A program made the translations under genes and the position numbers. DNA of 64,000 nt from Candidatus Brocadiia bacterium (GTDB lineage: Bacteria > Planctomycetota > Brocadiia > CAIUPP01). The stretch covers positions 1-64,000 of the forward strand of contig JBEKCB010000021.1 of the NCBI GenBank assembly GCA_050015075.1. The letters run 5' to 3'. Positions 18,191-27,932 of the stretch are shown one piece after another (the stretch's first letter is position 1; the number at the start of each line of letters is the position of its first letter). The notes beneath the pieces were generated by a model. The model did no database searches, had not been told where the DNA came from, and was given only the letters and a program-made list of their open reading frames with translations.

Positions 18191-19408
18191 ATGGCTAAAG
18201 CTAAACCTAAGGCTGATTCCTCCCTCCGGATCGGCGTCGCGACGATTGACATCACTCCGCCTTTAGGCGTGAAGCTGGCCGGTTACGGGTCGCGGAAAGA
18301 AGGCGCCACCGGCGTCGGCCACCGCCTGCGGGCCGAAGCCCTCGCCTGCAAGGGCGGCGGCGGAGCGTGGATCATGCTCACCAGCGACACGGTCGGCTAC
18401 CCGCGCGACCTGATCCTCCGCGTCCGCAAGGCAGCCGCCGCGAAGACCGGCCTGCCGCCGGAGGCGATACTCATCTCCGCGACGCACACGCACTCCGGCC
18501 CCGCCTCCATGCGGCCCTACGGCGAGGGCGTCACGCCCATTGACCTCAAGTACAAGGAGGACCTGGAGAAGCGGCTGGCGCAAGTGCTCTCGGACGCCTG
18601 GAACGCGATGAAGCCCGGCTCCTTCGAGGCCGCCTGGACCGAGGCGCCGGAACTCGGCTCCAACCGCCGCGTGCTTCGCCCCAACGGCGTCTGGGAGAAC
18701 GAGTGGAAGGACTACGAGGGCAAGCATACCGGCTACTTCGACCCGACCGTGCTCCTGGTGGCGGTCCGCAGGCCGGACGGGCGGCGCGATGCGCTCCTGG
18801 TGAATTACGGCTGCCACCCGGTGGTGCTCGGCCCCAGCAGCATGCGCATCTCGGCCGACTACGTCGGGTACATGAAGGACTATCTGGAAGCCCGCGGCGC
18901 GGCCGGCACGGCGATGTTCGCCCTGGCCGGAGGCGGGAACATCAATCCGCGCGTCTGCATCATGGTCGGCGCCGAGCACCCGCGGCGGATGGGCGAGCGG
19001 CTCGGGCAGATCGTCCTCGACGCGGCGGCCAAGCTCTATCCCGTCGCCGCCGGCCCGGTCCGCGTCGCGCGGAGCGAGTGGAAGCTCCGTTCCAAAAGGA
19101 ATTGGTCCAAAGGCTCCGGCCGCGAGACGGGCAAGGAGATCGTCACCGAGGTCCAGGCCCTGCGCGCAGGCGATTTGTGCTTCCTCGCCGTGCCCGGCGA
19201 ACTCTTCAGCGAGTTCGCGGCATGGTTCCGAGAGGCGAGTCCCTTGCCCCTGACCGCCGTCGTATCCATCGCCAACGACTCGGTGGGCTACCTGCCGACG
19301 GACGAGGCCGTCCCCCAAGGCGGCCACGAGGTCATGCACGCCGCCGCCGAAAAGGTCCAGGAGGCCCTCCTGTCCTGCGCGAAAGAAGCGCTGGGGAAGA
19401 TCGCGTAG
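18191..19408 (+). CDS. Neutral/alkaline ceramidase-like metallohydrolase
   Basis: IDITPP...LAGY, ISATHTHSGP, NYGCHP, SADY, PGELF, GYLPT. Confidence 0.8.
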   Translation: MAKAKPKADSSLRIGVATIDITPPLGVKLAGYGSRKEGATGVGHRLRAEALACKGGGGAWIMLTSDTVGYPRDLILRVRKAAAAKTGLPPEAILISATHTHSGPASMRPYGEGVTPIDLKYKEDLEKRLAQVLSDAWNAMKPGSFEAAWTEAPELGSNRRVLRPNGVWENEWKDYEGKHTGYFDPTVLLVAVRRPDGRRDALLVNYGCHPVVLGPSSMRISADYVGYMKDYLEARGAAGTAMFALAGGGNINPRVCIMVGAEHPRRMGERLGQIVLDAAAKLYPVAAGPVRVARSEWKLRSKRNWSKGSGRETGKEIVTEVQALRAGDLCFLAVPGELFSEFAAWFREASPLPLTAVVSIANDSVGYLPTDEAVPQGGHEVMHAAAEKVQEALLSCAKEALGKIA

Positions 19409-19709
19409 GCTTCCCCATCGGCATTCGGACGGGCGCAATTAGTGACATTCGCAAGAAGAGAGGAATTTTCTTGCCAACATGATAAAAATACTTCTTGACA
19501 CGAAGGCCGCCGATGTGATATGATTAGTGTGTTGTAAGACGCATCAATGACATTCGTTATAACCAAAAACACGATTTGAAAAAACGAACCCAATTTCGTG
19601 CAAGTCGCTGCTACACATAGCTTTACAACACTTCATTCATAACATACTGCGCCGCAGCATGTTAGAGCTAGGTTTGGAAGGCTGGGCAGAAGCTTTCTTC
19701 GAAGTGCCG

Positions 19710-20792
19710 TCAGCAGATTCGGGGCAGTTGCTCGCCGTAGGGCGCGGCGACGATGCGGGTGCCGCCGACGCGGGTGCGCAGGACTACGCGGCCCCTTCGA
19801 CTGTGCTCAGGGCAAGCGCGCGCGCCTTTCTTCACCGAGCCGATCCGCACGGCGCCTGCGGCTAGCGGATGGCTGCGGAGACGCTCGACGAGCGAGGCGG
19901 CGGCGTCTTCGGCGCAGAAGATGATCAAGCGGCCTTCGTTCGGCACGTAGAGCGGATCAAAGCCGAGCATGTCGCACGCGCCGGCGACTTCGGGGCGGAC
20001 GGGCAGAAGGCTCTCCTCGATCTCGATCTCCACCTTCGCGGCGGCGGCGATTTCGTTGAGCACCGCGGCGGTGCCGCCGCGCGTCGGGTCGCGCATGCAA
20101 TGAACGGCAGTGCGGAGTGCGGAGTGCGGAGTGCGGACTGGGGAGCGCGGAGCGAACAGATGTTCGACCAGGCCGCCGAGCGGCGCTACGTCGCTCTGGA
20201 CGGGCGATTCGAACTCGAGGCCGCTGCGCTGGCTGATGATGGCGATGCCGTGGTCGCCGAGCGTCCCGGTGGCGATGACGGCGTCGCCGGGCCGGACTTC
20301 CGCCGGCGAGAGATGGACTCCGTCGCAGACGGCGCCCAGGCCCGCGGTGATGAGAAAAAGGCCGTCCGCCGCGCCGCGCTCGACGACTTTGGTGTCGCCG
20401 GTCACCACCTGGACGCGCGCCTCGGCCGCCGTCGCGGCCACGGACTGGAGGACGCGGTCGAGCACGGAAATCGGCAGGCCCTCCTCGATCACCAGCGACA
20501 GGCTGAGCGCCAGCGGTTCGGCGCCGACGGCCGCGAGGTCGTTGACGGCGCCGCAGACGGCCAGCCGGCCGATGTCGCCTCCGCGGAAGAAGATCGGTTT
20601 GACGACGAACGCGTCGGTGGTGAAGGCCAGCCGCGAGCTGCACGGCGCGAGGACCGCGGCGTCTTCAAGCCGGTTGAGCGTGGGATTGCCCAGATGGCGC
20701 AGGATCAGCCCGCCGATCAGTTCCTGCATCATCACGCCGCCGCCGCCGTGGGCGAGCATGATGCGCGGTTCGTCGGCATGGTCCGCGGACAT
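19710..20792 (-). CDS. hypE: Hydrogenase maturation carbamoyl dehydratase HypE
   Basis: AHGGGG, VTGDTKVV, MRDPTRGG, C-terminal EQLPRIC. Confidence 0.96.
   Translation of the reverse strand: MSADHADEPRIMLAHGGGGVMMQELIGGLILRHLGNPTLNRLEDAAVLAPCSSRLAFTTDAFVVKPIFFRGGDIGRLAVCGAVNDLAAVGAEPLALSLSLVIEEGLPISVLDRVLQSVAATAAEARVQVVTGDTKVVERGAADGLFLITAGLGAVCDGVHLSPAEVRPGDAVIATGTLGDHGIAIISQRSGLEFESPVQSDVAPLGGLVEHLFAPRSPVRTPHSALRTAVHCMRDPTRGGTAAVLNEIAAAAKVEIEIEESLLPVRPEVAGACDMLGFDPLYVPNEGRLIIFCAEDAAASLVERLRSHPLAAGAVRIGSVKKGARACPEHSRRGRVVLRTRVGGTRIVAAPYGEQLPRIC
19793..19817. repeat. REP-like palindrome inserted in frame in hypE
   Basis: CCCTTCGACTGTGCTCAGGGCAAGC, translated as ACPEHSRR in a region not expected in HypE. 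Confidence 0.6.
20109..20153. repeat. Heptamer tandem repeat (GTGCGGA)n inside hypE
   Basis: Translated as APRSPVRTPHSALRTA just before the MRDPTRGG motif. Confidence 0.8.
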
Positions 20793-20822
20793 GGCGGTAT
20801 CCTTAGAGGGCGGGAGGAGAAT

Positions 20823-20910
20823 TGACGATGGACGATAGACGATGGACGAGCGACAATGGACGATAGTCCCGCGCGCTAGTCCATCGTCCCTCGTCCATCG
20901 TCTATCGTCC
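20823..20910. repeat. Inverted heptamer-repeat element (GACGATG/GACGATA ... CATCGTC/TATCGTC)
   Basis: Between hypD and hypE, overlapping the hypD stop; same unit at 63981-64000. Confidence 0.85.
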
Positions 20911-22062
20911 TCTTTCCGAAGCCCGGAAATTGAAATGCGCCGCGCAGGTGCCTTCGCTGGAGACCATGCAGGCGCCGACGGGCGCGGCGGTGGTGCAGCG
21001 CGTGCCGAAGAGCGGGCATGCTTGCGGCTCGATGAGTCCGCGCAGCACCTCGCCGCAGCGGCAGCCGGCGGGCTCGCGTCCTTCGGGCACCTTCAGGTCG
21101 AGCGCGCGGACGGCGTCGTGCTCGCCGAATTCCTCGCAGACTCTGAGGCCGCTGCCGGGCAGAACGCCCAGTCCGCGCCACTCGGTATCGCACGGCGCAA
21201 AGCAGCCGGCCATGGCGCGGCGCGCGGCGAGGTTGCCCTCGGGCCGGACGACGCGCGAGTACTGGATCTCAACCCGGGGCTTGCCCTCGGCAATCTGCCG
21301 GAGGAGCATCAGGACCGCCTGGAGGATGTCGAGCGGCTCAAAGCCGGTGATGACGGCGGCGCGGCGATATTCTTTGGGGATGAATTCGTACGGCGCCGCG
21401 CCCAGGACCACGCTGACGTGGCCCGGCAGGATGAAGCCGTCGAGCGCGACGGCCTCGCTCGCCAGCAGCGCGCGCAGCGCCGGCGGCACGACTTTGTGGG
21501 CCGAGAACAGCAGGAAATTCCTGGCGCCGCGGCGGCGGGCTTCGAGCAGCGTGGCCGCGGTGGCCGGAGCGGTGGTCTCGAAGCCGACGCCCAGGAACAC
21601 CACTTTCCGGTCCGGCCGTTCCTGCGCGACGCGCAACGCGTCGAGCGGGGAGTAGACGATGCGCACGTCGGCGCCGCGCCCGCGCTCGCGTTCGAGGCTC
21701 GATTCGGTCCCGGGAACCCGGACCATATCGCCGAAGGTCGTCACGGTCACGTCAGGCCTCCGCGACAGCTCGACGGCGGCGTCCACGTAGCCCATCGGCG
21801 TCACGCAGACCGGGCAGCCCGGCCCGCTCAGGAGGCGGATGCTCTCCGGGATCAGCGAGCACAGGCCGGCTCGAAAGATGGCCATCGTGTGCGTGCCGCA
21901 GACTTCCATCAGCCGGACGGGGCGGCCGATGGCGGCGGCCGCGTGGCGAATCTCGGCCGTCAGGCGGCGGACGAGATCGGGTTCGGCCTGCGAGAGCCGG
22001 TTGAGCCGCTCCGGCTTGTTCGGCCGCGGGGATGAGGGCGCCGGCGCGTCAGGCGGCGCCAT
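20902..22062 (-). CDS. hypD: Hydrogenase maturation protein HypD
   Basis: MEVCGTH, GPGCPVC, GFETT, PGHVS, CMVSSEGTCAA. Confidence 0.97.
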   Translation of the reverse strand: MAPPDAPAPSSPRPNKPERLNRLSQAEPDLVRRLTAEIRHAAAAIGRPVRLMEVCGTHTMAIFRAGLCSLIPESIRLLSGPGCPVCVTPMGYVDAAVELSRRPDVTVTTFGDMVRVPGTESSLERERGRGADVRIVYSPLDALRVAQERPDRKVVFLGVGFETTAPATAATLLEARRRGARNFLLFSAHKVVPPALRALLASEAVALDGFILPGHVSVVLGAAPYEFIPKEYRRAAVITGFEPLDILQAVLMLLRQIAEGKPRVEIQYSRVVRPEGNLAARRAMAGCFAPCDTEWRGLGVLPGSGLRVCEEFGEHDAVRALDLKVPEGREPAGCRCGEVLRGLIEPQACPLFGTRCTTAAPVGACMVSSEGTCAAHFNFRASERGR

Positions 22063-22270
22063 CGGCGATTTCCTTCAGCAATTCCAGCGTGCGCAGGGCT
22101 TCCTCCGGCTCGTATTTCGCGATGGCGAAACCGGCGTGGAGCATGACGTAGTCGCCGGCTTTCGCATCCTCGACCAGCGACAGGTTCGCTTCGCGGATGT
22201 TTCCGCCGATTTCCACACGCGCTGTGGCGCCATTGACTTCAAGGACCTTTGCGGGCACGGCCAGGCACAT
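22049..22270 (-). CDS. hypC: Hydrogenase maturation chaperone HypC
   Basis: MCLAVP...GDYVMLHAGFAI. Confidence 0.96.
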   Translation of the reverse strand: MCLAVPAKVLEVNGATARVEIGGNIREANLSLVEDAKAGDYVMLHAGFAIAKYEPEEALRTLELLKEIADGAA

Positions 22271-22678
22271 AGAAGACCTCCTCAGCACCAAACTGACGCG
22301 ATTGTACCATTAAGTGACCGGGCTTGGTCTAATTCTACGCGGTTTTGCCGTCAGGCCATTAAACAATTGCGCAGCCGTCCGATAATACAGGATAACCGGT
22401 CGTGGCAGGAATAAGCACCGGCGTGCTGGAGGCGTCATGCGTGGGGCAGTGCAGCGAGAACTTGCGGCTGGATGGCTTTTTTCGAGGGTCGCGCCCCCGC
22501 GAAAGCGCTGGATTCAGGCTTTTTTCGAGGATCGGAATGCTTCGGTGCTTGCGAATTTTGGACATCTGTGCTACAATGGCACGCCTCGTGGCAAGATAGA
22601 ACGCAGCTCCTTCCGTTCGCTGCTGGCTAAAACCTTACGCCGACGCAAGATAGCAGCGAATGTGCGAGAACATCAACA

Positions 22679-22694
22679 CGGCACGGCCTTTGCA
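22679..22694 (+). promoter_or_regulatory. sigma54 (-24/-12) promoter upstream of the pilin
   Basis: CGGCACG-GCCT-TTGCA with GG and GC at the canonical spacing. Confidence 0.7.
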
Positions 22695-22948
22695 GCAGAT
22701 GATGCTTGGACGCTTGAGTTGTTCAGGAATCAGGCATCTTTACCTGCGAAAGGAGGCCAGACCGTTCCAGTCCGTCGGCGGCGCGGACGCCACGTCGCTG
22801 AGGCACCAATAAGAGCGGGGATGAAAGAACGCCCACGCTCTCTAAAGACGTGGTGCCCTTCCCGTTCAGGCGTCAGGTGCGGCACCGATTGCGGTGTCCG
22901 CGGGTTTTAGGCTGTTGGCTTGATCTTTTTCACAGGAGGAAAGTGCGA

Positions 22949-23368
22949 ATGAGAAAGCTCATTCAAAACTTGCGACGCAGACAGGCGTTTACGTTAGTTG
23001 AGTTGATGATCGTGGTCACGATCGTCGCCATTCTGGCCTTGATCGCCATTCCGCTGTATTCGGCGAACACGACCGCGGCGATCATGTCCGAGGGCGTGGC
23101 GGGTGCAGGCACCATGCGCACCGCGCTGCGGACCTATTACTCGCAGAACGGCAGTTACACCGGTGCGACGTATCCGGGCAGCCTGACGATCGGCGGAAGC
23201 GACCTGCAAGGCAAGTATTTTGCCTCGACGGATTACTCGCTGCTGAACGTCACCGCCTCGACCTACACGATCAAGGCGGGGCCGCCTTCGCAGACGACCA
23301 AGACGACCCAGTACTACGAGATCAATCAGCTCGGTTCGGAACTGGGCACGTATTACACCAATCAGTAA
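22949..23368 (+). CDS. Type IV major pilin-like protein
   Basis: RRRQA|FTLVELMIVVTIVAILALIAIPLY class III signal with E5; strong RBS AGGAGG. Confidence 0.92.
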   Translation: MRKLIQNLRRRQAFTLVELMIVVTIVAILALIAIPLYSANTTAAIMSEGVAGAGTMRTALRTYYSQNGSYTGATYPGSLTIGGSDLQGKYFASTDYSLLNVTASTYTIKAGPPSQTTKTTQYYEINQLGSELGTYYTNQ

Positions 23369-23431
23369 GTAAGTGAGCGGGTATTAGAGATATCCGGAGT
23401 CCGTAGCGCAAAGGCGAAAGCGAGGCCGCAA

Positions 23432-23875
23432 ATGTTGCGCATCGGCAGTTTTCCGTCTTCGACCGGCGGCGCGTCGCGCGTGCGCCTTGTGAGAAAAAAG
23501 GCGCATTGCGCGGCGCAGGCGTCGCTGACCGAAGTCATAGTGGCCGTGACGATCCTGACCGTCGTGGTCTGGGGAATGGTGGGATTCCTGATGAACGGGC
23601 GCGTGCTGGTGGAGCGCACGGGCCAGGGTGTCATCGCCGCCCAGATCGCAGAGCAGCAGATTGACAAGACGCGCTCCCTGGCCTACGCCTCGATCGCCAC
23701 CACCAACGGAACGCAAACGGTCAACGGCCTCCTGTACACGTGGGTGCTGACGGTGACCACCGCACAGGCGGACCCTGCGGATGGCAACAGCACGTTCAGG
23801 CAGACCGGAGTGAAAGTCACCTGGCCGACGGCGCCTAATGCCGATGCCGTGCTCTACACGGCCATCGCCAAGTGA
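23432..23875 (+). CDS. Minor pilin (PilV-like); start uncertain
   Basis: QA|SLTEVIVAVTIL degenerate prepilin motif; position in the cluster. Confidence 0.72.
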   Translation: MLRIGSFPSSTGGASRVRLVRKKAHCAAQASLTEVIVAVTILTVVVWGMVGFLMNGRVLVERTGQGVIAAQIAEQQIDKTRSLAYASIATTNGTQTVNGLLYTWVLTVTTAQADPADGNSTFRQTGVKVTWPTAPNADAVLYTAIAK

Positions 23876-23887
23876 TGGAGAGGATCG

Positions 23888-24445
23888 ATGCGACGCTTTC
23901 ATACGACAAGGCGAGGAGTGAGCCTGCTGGAGCTGATCGTCTCGATGGCGGCCGCCAGCATCGCCATGCTCATCGGGCTGACGGCCTGGGGCGTCGGGTG
24001 GACACAATATAAGAACGTGGAGTACGCCAGCCGGGCCTACCTGGACGCTTTCGGGGTGGTGAACTCCATCCAGGAACAGGTCCAGCGCAGCAATACGATC
24101 GAGATGCTTACCGGGGGTAATGGATCCAGTTACGGAACTATAGTCTCCAGTCCGGGCAGCACCACCTACTCGGGGATTTTGCTGCTCGTCCCTAATCCGA
24201 ACAGCGAGACGAACCCGTCCGTTGCCACGAACCCCTTGCAGCGCGCGTATTGGCTGTCGGGGAACAACCTCATGATGCAATGGATAAGCGAGAACATCGG
24301 CCCGATAGTGCTCTTCAGCGACGTCACCTCGTTTTCGGCGACCATCCAGAACACGCCGACGAATTCGGTCGTCCAGCTCACCTGTACGTGCGTCGACGGG
24401 ACTGAGACGGTTACCATGTCCACGCAGGCCTTGATGAGGAATTGA
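23888..24445 (+). CDS. Minor pilin (PilW-like)
   Basis: RRG|VSLLELIVSMA prepilin motif. Confidence 0.75.
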   Translation: MRRFHTTRRGVSLLELIVSMAAASIAMLIGLTAWGVGWTQYKNVEYASRAYLDAFGVVNSIQEQVQRSNTIEMLTGGNGSSYGTIVSSPGSTTYSGILLLVPNPNSETNPSVATNPLQRAYWLSGNNLMMQWISENIGPIVLFSDVTSFSATIQNTPTNSVVQLTCTCVDGTETVTMSTQALMRN

Positions 24446-24447
24446 TC

Positions 24448-25866
24448 ATGCGCCCGAAAATCCGCAGAGTCCGCGGGCGACCCATTCCACAGCGAGCGAC
24501 GCAGTGCGGCATGGTATTGCCCTACGCTCTGTTCGTCACCGTCCTGATCCTGATCCTGGGGCTGGCGTTCCTGCAGACGAGCGCCACCGAAAGCCTCGTG
24601 GCCACCCGCAACGTGCAGCGCCTCCAGGCCAACGCCGCGGCCGAGTACGGCATCGCCCGCGCTCGCGCCATGGCCGACAGCCAGTTCGGCGTCTGGTTTG
24701 CGATGACGTACAACGGCAGTCCCCTCAACTGGGCCACGAGCCCCTATTACAGCGGACACAGCATCTGCAACCTGTTCACCAACCAGACCGTTCCCTCTTT
24801 CTCCACGGCGACTTACTCGGTGGTGATCGAGGACCTGACCGGCGACGTGGTCACCAGCGGCACCTACCGCATTCACGGTTACGGCACGGTCGGCACTTAC
24901 ACCCGGCAAGTGTCGCTCGATTCCCAGGCGCTCACCTTTGCCTCGTTCGGATGGCTCACCAACTCCGAGAACGGCGTCTGGTTCAGAACCGGCGACTGGC
25001 TCAGCGGTCTGATCTGGACCAACGGCCAGTTCAACATTGACGGTAACCCCTCGTTCAACGGCCCCGTTTACAGCGGGAGCGGCACCATCAACTACATGAA
25101 CGGAGGCCCGCCGAATGATAATCCGACGTTCGCCGACGGCATTACCTACAACGCGGGCAACATCAACATCTCCTCGCTGATCAGCGGCGGCCAGATCACC
25201 GCGATCCAGAACGCCGCCAACAGCGGCGGAATTTCCGAGCCCTCCAACAGCGGCCGCGGCTACACCTTGACCTTCAATCCCGCCGGCACGTTCACCCTCG
25301 TGAAGAACGGCGTCGGCGGCATGCACCCCGTCGCGCCGGTTACCCTCTACAATAACGCTGCGATCTCGACGATCAACGGCGCCTTCTACTTCCAGGACCC
25401 CGTCCAGGTCAGCGGCACCATTGACGGACAGGTCACCGTCGCCACCTCGTCGGGCAACGATATTGATATCACCGGCAACCTGGTCTATTCCTATCCCGCA
25501 ACCCCCGCGTCTATGTTCGTCGCCGGCTTCAACCAGAGCGACCCGCTCCTGACGAGCAAATGCGCCCTCATCTCCGGCGGCAACCTCGTCATAGACCAGA
25601 CCTGGTCGGGCGGTTGGACGGACATGTACGTCACAGCAGTCTGCGCCTCGGTGACCGGCTCCTTCGAGAACCAATACTACACGAACTCGCCGCAGAAAAC
25701 GCTCCACTTGTACGGCGGCATCACCCAGATGACGCGCGGCGCCGTTGGAACCGTATCGGGCACCGGCTTTCTGAAGGATTACCTTTACGACACGCGTTTC
25801 ATGACGTCGCCGCCGCCGTTCCTGCCGCCCGTCGGCGCCCAGTTCAGCAACTGGCAGCTCCATTGA
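24448..25866 (+). CDS. Large PilX-like minor pilin / putative tip adhesin
   Basis: CG|MVLPYAL without E5, QANAAAEYGIARA PilX-type motif, Asn/Gly/Thr-rich C-terminal domain ending in YDTRF..PPPFLP. Confidence 0.72.
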   Translation: MRPKIRRVRGRPIPQRATQCGMVLPYALFVTVLILILGLAFLQTSATESLVATRNVQRLQANAAAEYGIARARAMADSQFGVWFAMTYNGSPLNWATSPYYSGHSICNLFTNQTVPSFSTATYSVVIEDLTGDVVTSGTYRIHGYGTVGTYTRQVSLDSQALTFASFGWLTNSENGVWFRTGDWLSGLIWTNGQFNIDGNPSFNGPVYSGSGTINYMNGGPPNDNPTFADGITYNAGNINISSLISGGQITAIQNAANSGGISEPSNSGRGYTLTFNPAGTFTLVKNGVGGMHPVAPVTLYNNAAISTINGAFYFQDPVQVSGTIDGQVTVATSSGNDIDITGNLVYSYPATPASMFVAGFNQSDPLLTSKCALISGGNLVIDQTWSGGWTDMYVTAVCASVTGSFENQYYTNSPQKTLHLYGGITQMTRGAVGTVSGTGFLKDYLYDTRFMTSPPPFLPPVGAQFSNWQLH

Positions 25867-26089
25867 TTGAGCAGGGCACACATGCAACACCGCGAAGGAC
25901 ATGAAGGGCCGAGGCGCAATACAATGAAACTCGCGGATTTTCTTTTTCGCGGGGGTCAATTTTGCGCCGATTACGCCGATGTCAATAACAGCGGGGTTGT
26001 GCCGCGCGAAGGAAATGAAGCATTCGGCTGCCCGCGGTCAGCCAAGGGCTGAAAGCGACTAGCCCCCGAATGGGAGGAAAAAAAGGCGC

Positions 26090-27190
26090 ATGATCCTAGG
26101 AAATGCCACGACTCTGGGCCTGGACCTCGGCGCTACGGGCGTGCGCGCCGCCGAAGTCGCCTGGCAGGGAGGCCGCCCGACCCTCGTGCGCTGGGCGGCC
26201 GCCGATTTCCCGGTCGAGGTGACCGACTGGCGCGCCATTGACCGGCCCGCCATGGTGGCCTCGATTCGCGGGATGCTCTCGCAGGCGCGCATGGACAAAA
26301 TCAAATGGGCGGCCCATTCCATCAGCGGCGAATCGGTCGCCCTTCAGTACTTCAATTTCCCCAAACTCATGGCCGAGGACGTCGCCGAGGCGGTCCGCAT
26401 CGAAGCCGAGACCGCGCTGCCGTTCCGCGCCGACGGCGCGCTCATCTCCTACGTACTCTACCCCGAGCAGCGCTCCGCCGCGGGGAAAGCGCGCAGCCAC
26501 GGACTGGCGATCGCCGCCGACGGCCAGTTCGCCAAAACGCGCATGGACATCCTCCGAGAAGCGCGCCTGGAACCGTTCTGCATCGAGACCGACGCCACCG
26601 CCACCTGCAACGCCTTCCTCGCCACGCACGGCTTGAAAGGCGCCGGCGCCGGCACCACCGCGCTCGTCAACATCGGCTACCAGCGCAGCAACCTGGCCGT
26701 CCTCAACAGCAAAGGCACGCTGCTCATCCGCGACGTTCCCTGGGGCGGCGTCCATTTTACCAAGGCCCTCGGCGAACTCATGGGCGGCCCGGTCGAAGAG
26801 GCCGAAGGGACGAAGCGCGCGGACTGGAATGAGGGGGAGGCCGCGGCCAATCCTCAATCGCAAAGCCGCATCCAGGAAGCCATCCGCACCGGCGCCAAGG
26901 AGTTCGTCGGCCGCTTGCACGACACCATCGAATACTGGGTGAGCGAACAGCTCGCCGACAGCCTGGAACACGTCTTCATCACCGGCGGCGGTTCCCAGGT
27001 CCACGGCCTGCCGGAATTCCTCGCCGATTCGCTCGCCGTCCCCGTCGAGCGATGGTCGCCGCTGCTGGATGCCGAAAGCCGAACCTCGAATGCGGAATCC
27101 GACGCCCGCAATCCGAAGTCCGAAATCCATAAGTGGACCTACCGCATGAGCGTGGCCTTCGGGCTTGCCCTGCGGCGGTTCGGAGAATAA
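26090..27190 (+). CDS. pilM: Type IV pilus assembly protein PilM
   Basis: LGLDLGATGVR, VNIG, FITGGGS actin-like motifs; AFGLALR end. Confidence 0.85.
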   Translation: MILGNATTLGLDLGATGVRAAEVAWQGGRPTLVRWAAADFPVEVTDWRAIDRPAMVASIRGMLSQARMDKIKWAAHSISGESVALQYFNFPKLMAEDVAEAVRIEAETALPFRADGALISYVLYPEQRSAAGKARSHGLAIAADGQFAKTRMDILREARLEPFCIETDATATCNAFLATHGLKGAGAGTTALVNIGYQRSNLAVLNSKGTLLIRDVPWGGVHFTKALGELMGGPVEEAEGTKRADWNEGEAAANPQSQSRIQEAIRTGAKEFVGRLHDTIEYWVSEQLADSLEHVFITGGGSQVHGLPEFLADSLAVPVERWSPLLDAESRTSNAESDARNPKSEIHKWTYRMSVAFGLALRRFGE

Positions 27191-27251
27191 TAGAGCGAAG
27201 CTGAACGCTCGTCACGGATAGCTGAGAGTTTTTCGAGGAGTCGTTCCGGCA

Positions 27252-27932
27252 ATGGCCAACGCACCAAACGAAGTCCGCCTCTTCGAGGTCAACCTGATCA
27301 GCGATCAGGTCAGTATGCTGCTGCGCCGGAGGGCCTTCCAGCAACTTTCCGGGATCGCGGCCGTGCTGATGCTGGTCGCGGGAACGGTCCTGGCGTTCTT
27401 GATGGCCATGCACCTGATCACGGCCCTCCACATGCGAAGCGGGACCCAGATCAAGATCCAGGAACTCGCGGACCTGCAGAAGATCTGCACAGAACTCGAT
27501 AACCAACGCGAGAATGCGAAGAAGCGCGCGGACGCCGTGGCGCCGCTGCTGCCGATCGCGCGCCAGCGCGTGGCGTGGGCGCCCAAGCTCGCCGCCGCGG
27601 CCGCCGCCCTGCCGCCCGGCACCGGCATCGTCAGCCTCCAAGCCACCCAGCGCGATGTCTTCGTCGTCCGCACCCCCGCCGGCCCGAAGTCCGGACCCTC
27701 CGCGTTTGCCGCGCAGGACGAGGCTGGCCTGCCGCAGATCGCCCTCGCCATCCTCTACAGGTCTGCGCCAGGCGTCGAGGACAACCTCGGCTTGTATGCG
27801 GAGCGCCTCAAGAAAGATGCGACGTTCATGAACAAGTTTGACTCCGTCCACCTGGTGGCCATGGAGCAGGATTCCTGGGGGGGCAAGCCGGTGGAGGTTC
27901 TACATATCCACGCACAGGGGACGCCGAAATGA
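27252..27932 (+). CDS. PilN-like membrane protein
   Basis: EVNLI motif plus one TM and a coiled coil, directly after pilM. Confidence 0.65.
   Translation: MANAPNEVRLFEVNLISDQVSMLLRRRAFQQLSGIAAVLMLVAGTVLAFLMAMHLITALHMRSGTQIKIQELADLQKICTELDNQRENAKKRADAVAPLLPIARQRVAWAPKLAAAAAALPPGTGIVSLQATQRDVFVVRTPAGPKSGPSAFAAQDEAGLPQIALAILYRSAPGVEDNLGLYAERLKKDATFMNKFDSVHLVAMEQDSWGGKPVEVLHIHAQGTPK

Noticed and set aside
22577-22593. TGGCACG as a second sigma54 promoter
   Set aside because: The GC dinucleotide is one base off the required -12 spacing.
22740-22860. c-di-GMP-I (GEMM) riboswitch call for the pilin leader
   Set aside because: A GAAA loop is present but the rest of the consensus could not be matched; kept only as an unknown structured leader.
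25880-26060. Possible further repeat element or small ORF between pilX-like and pilM
   Set aside because: Only two short units (CGCCGATTA) and no clear inverted arm; the ORF lacks support.
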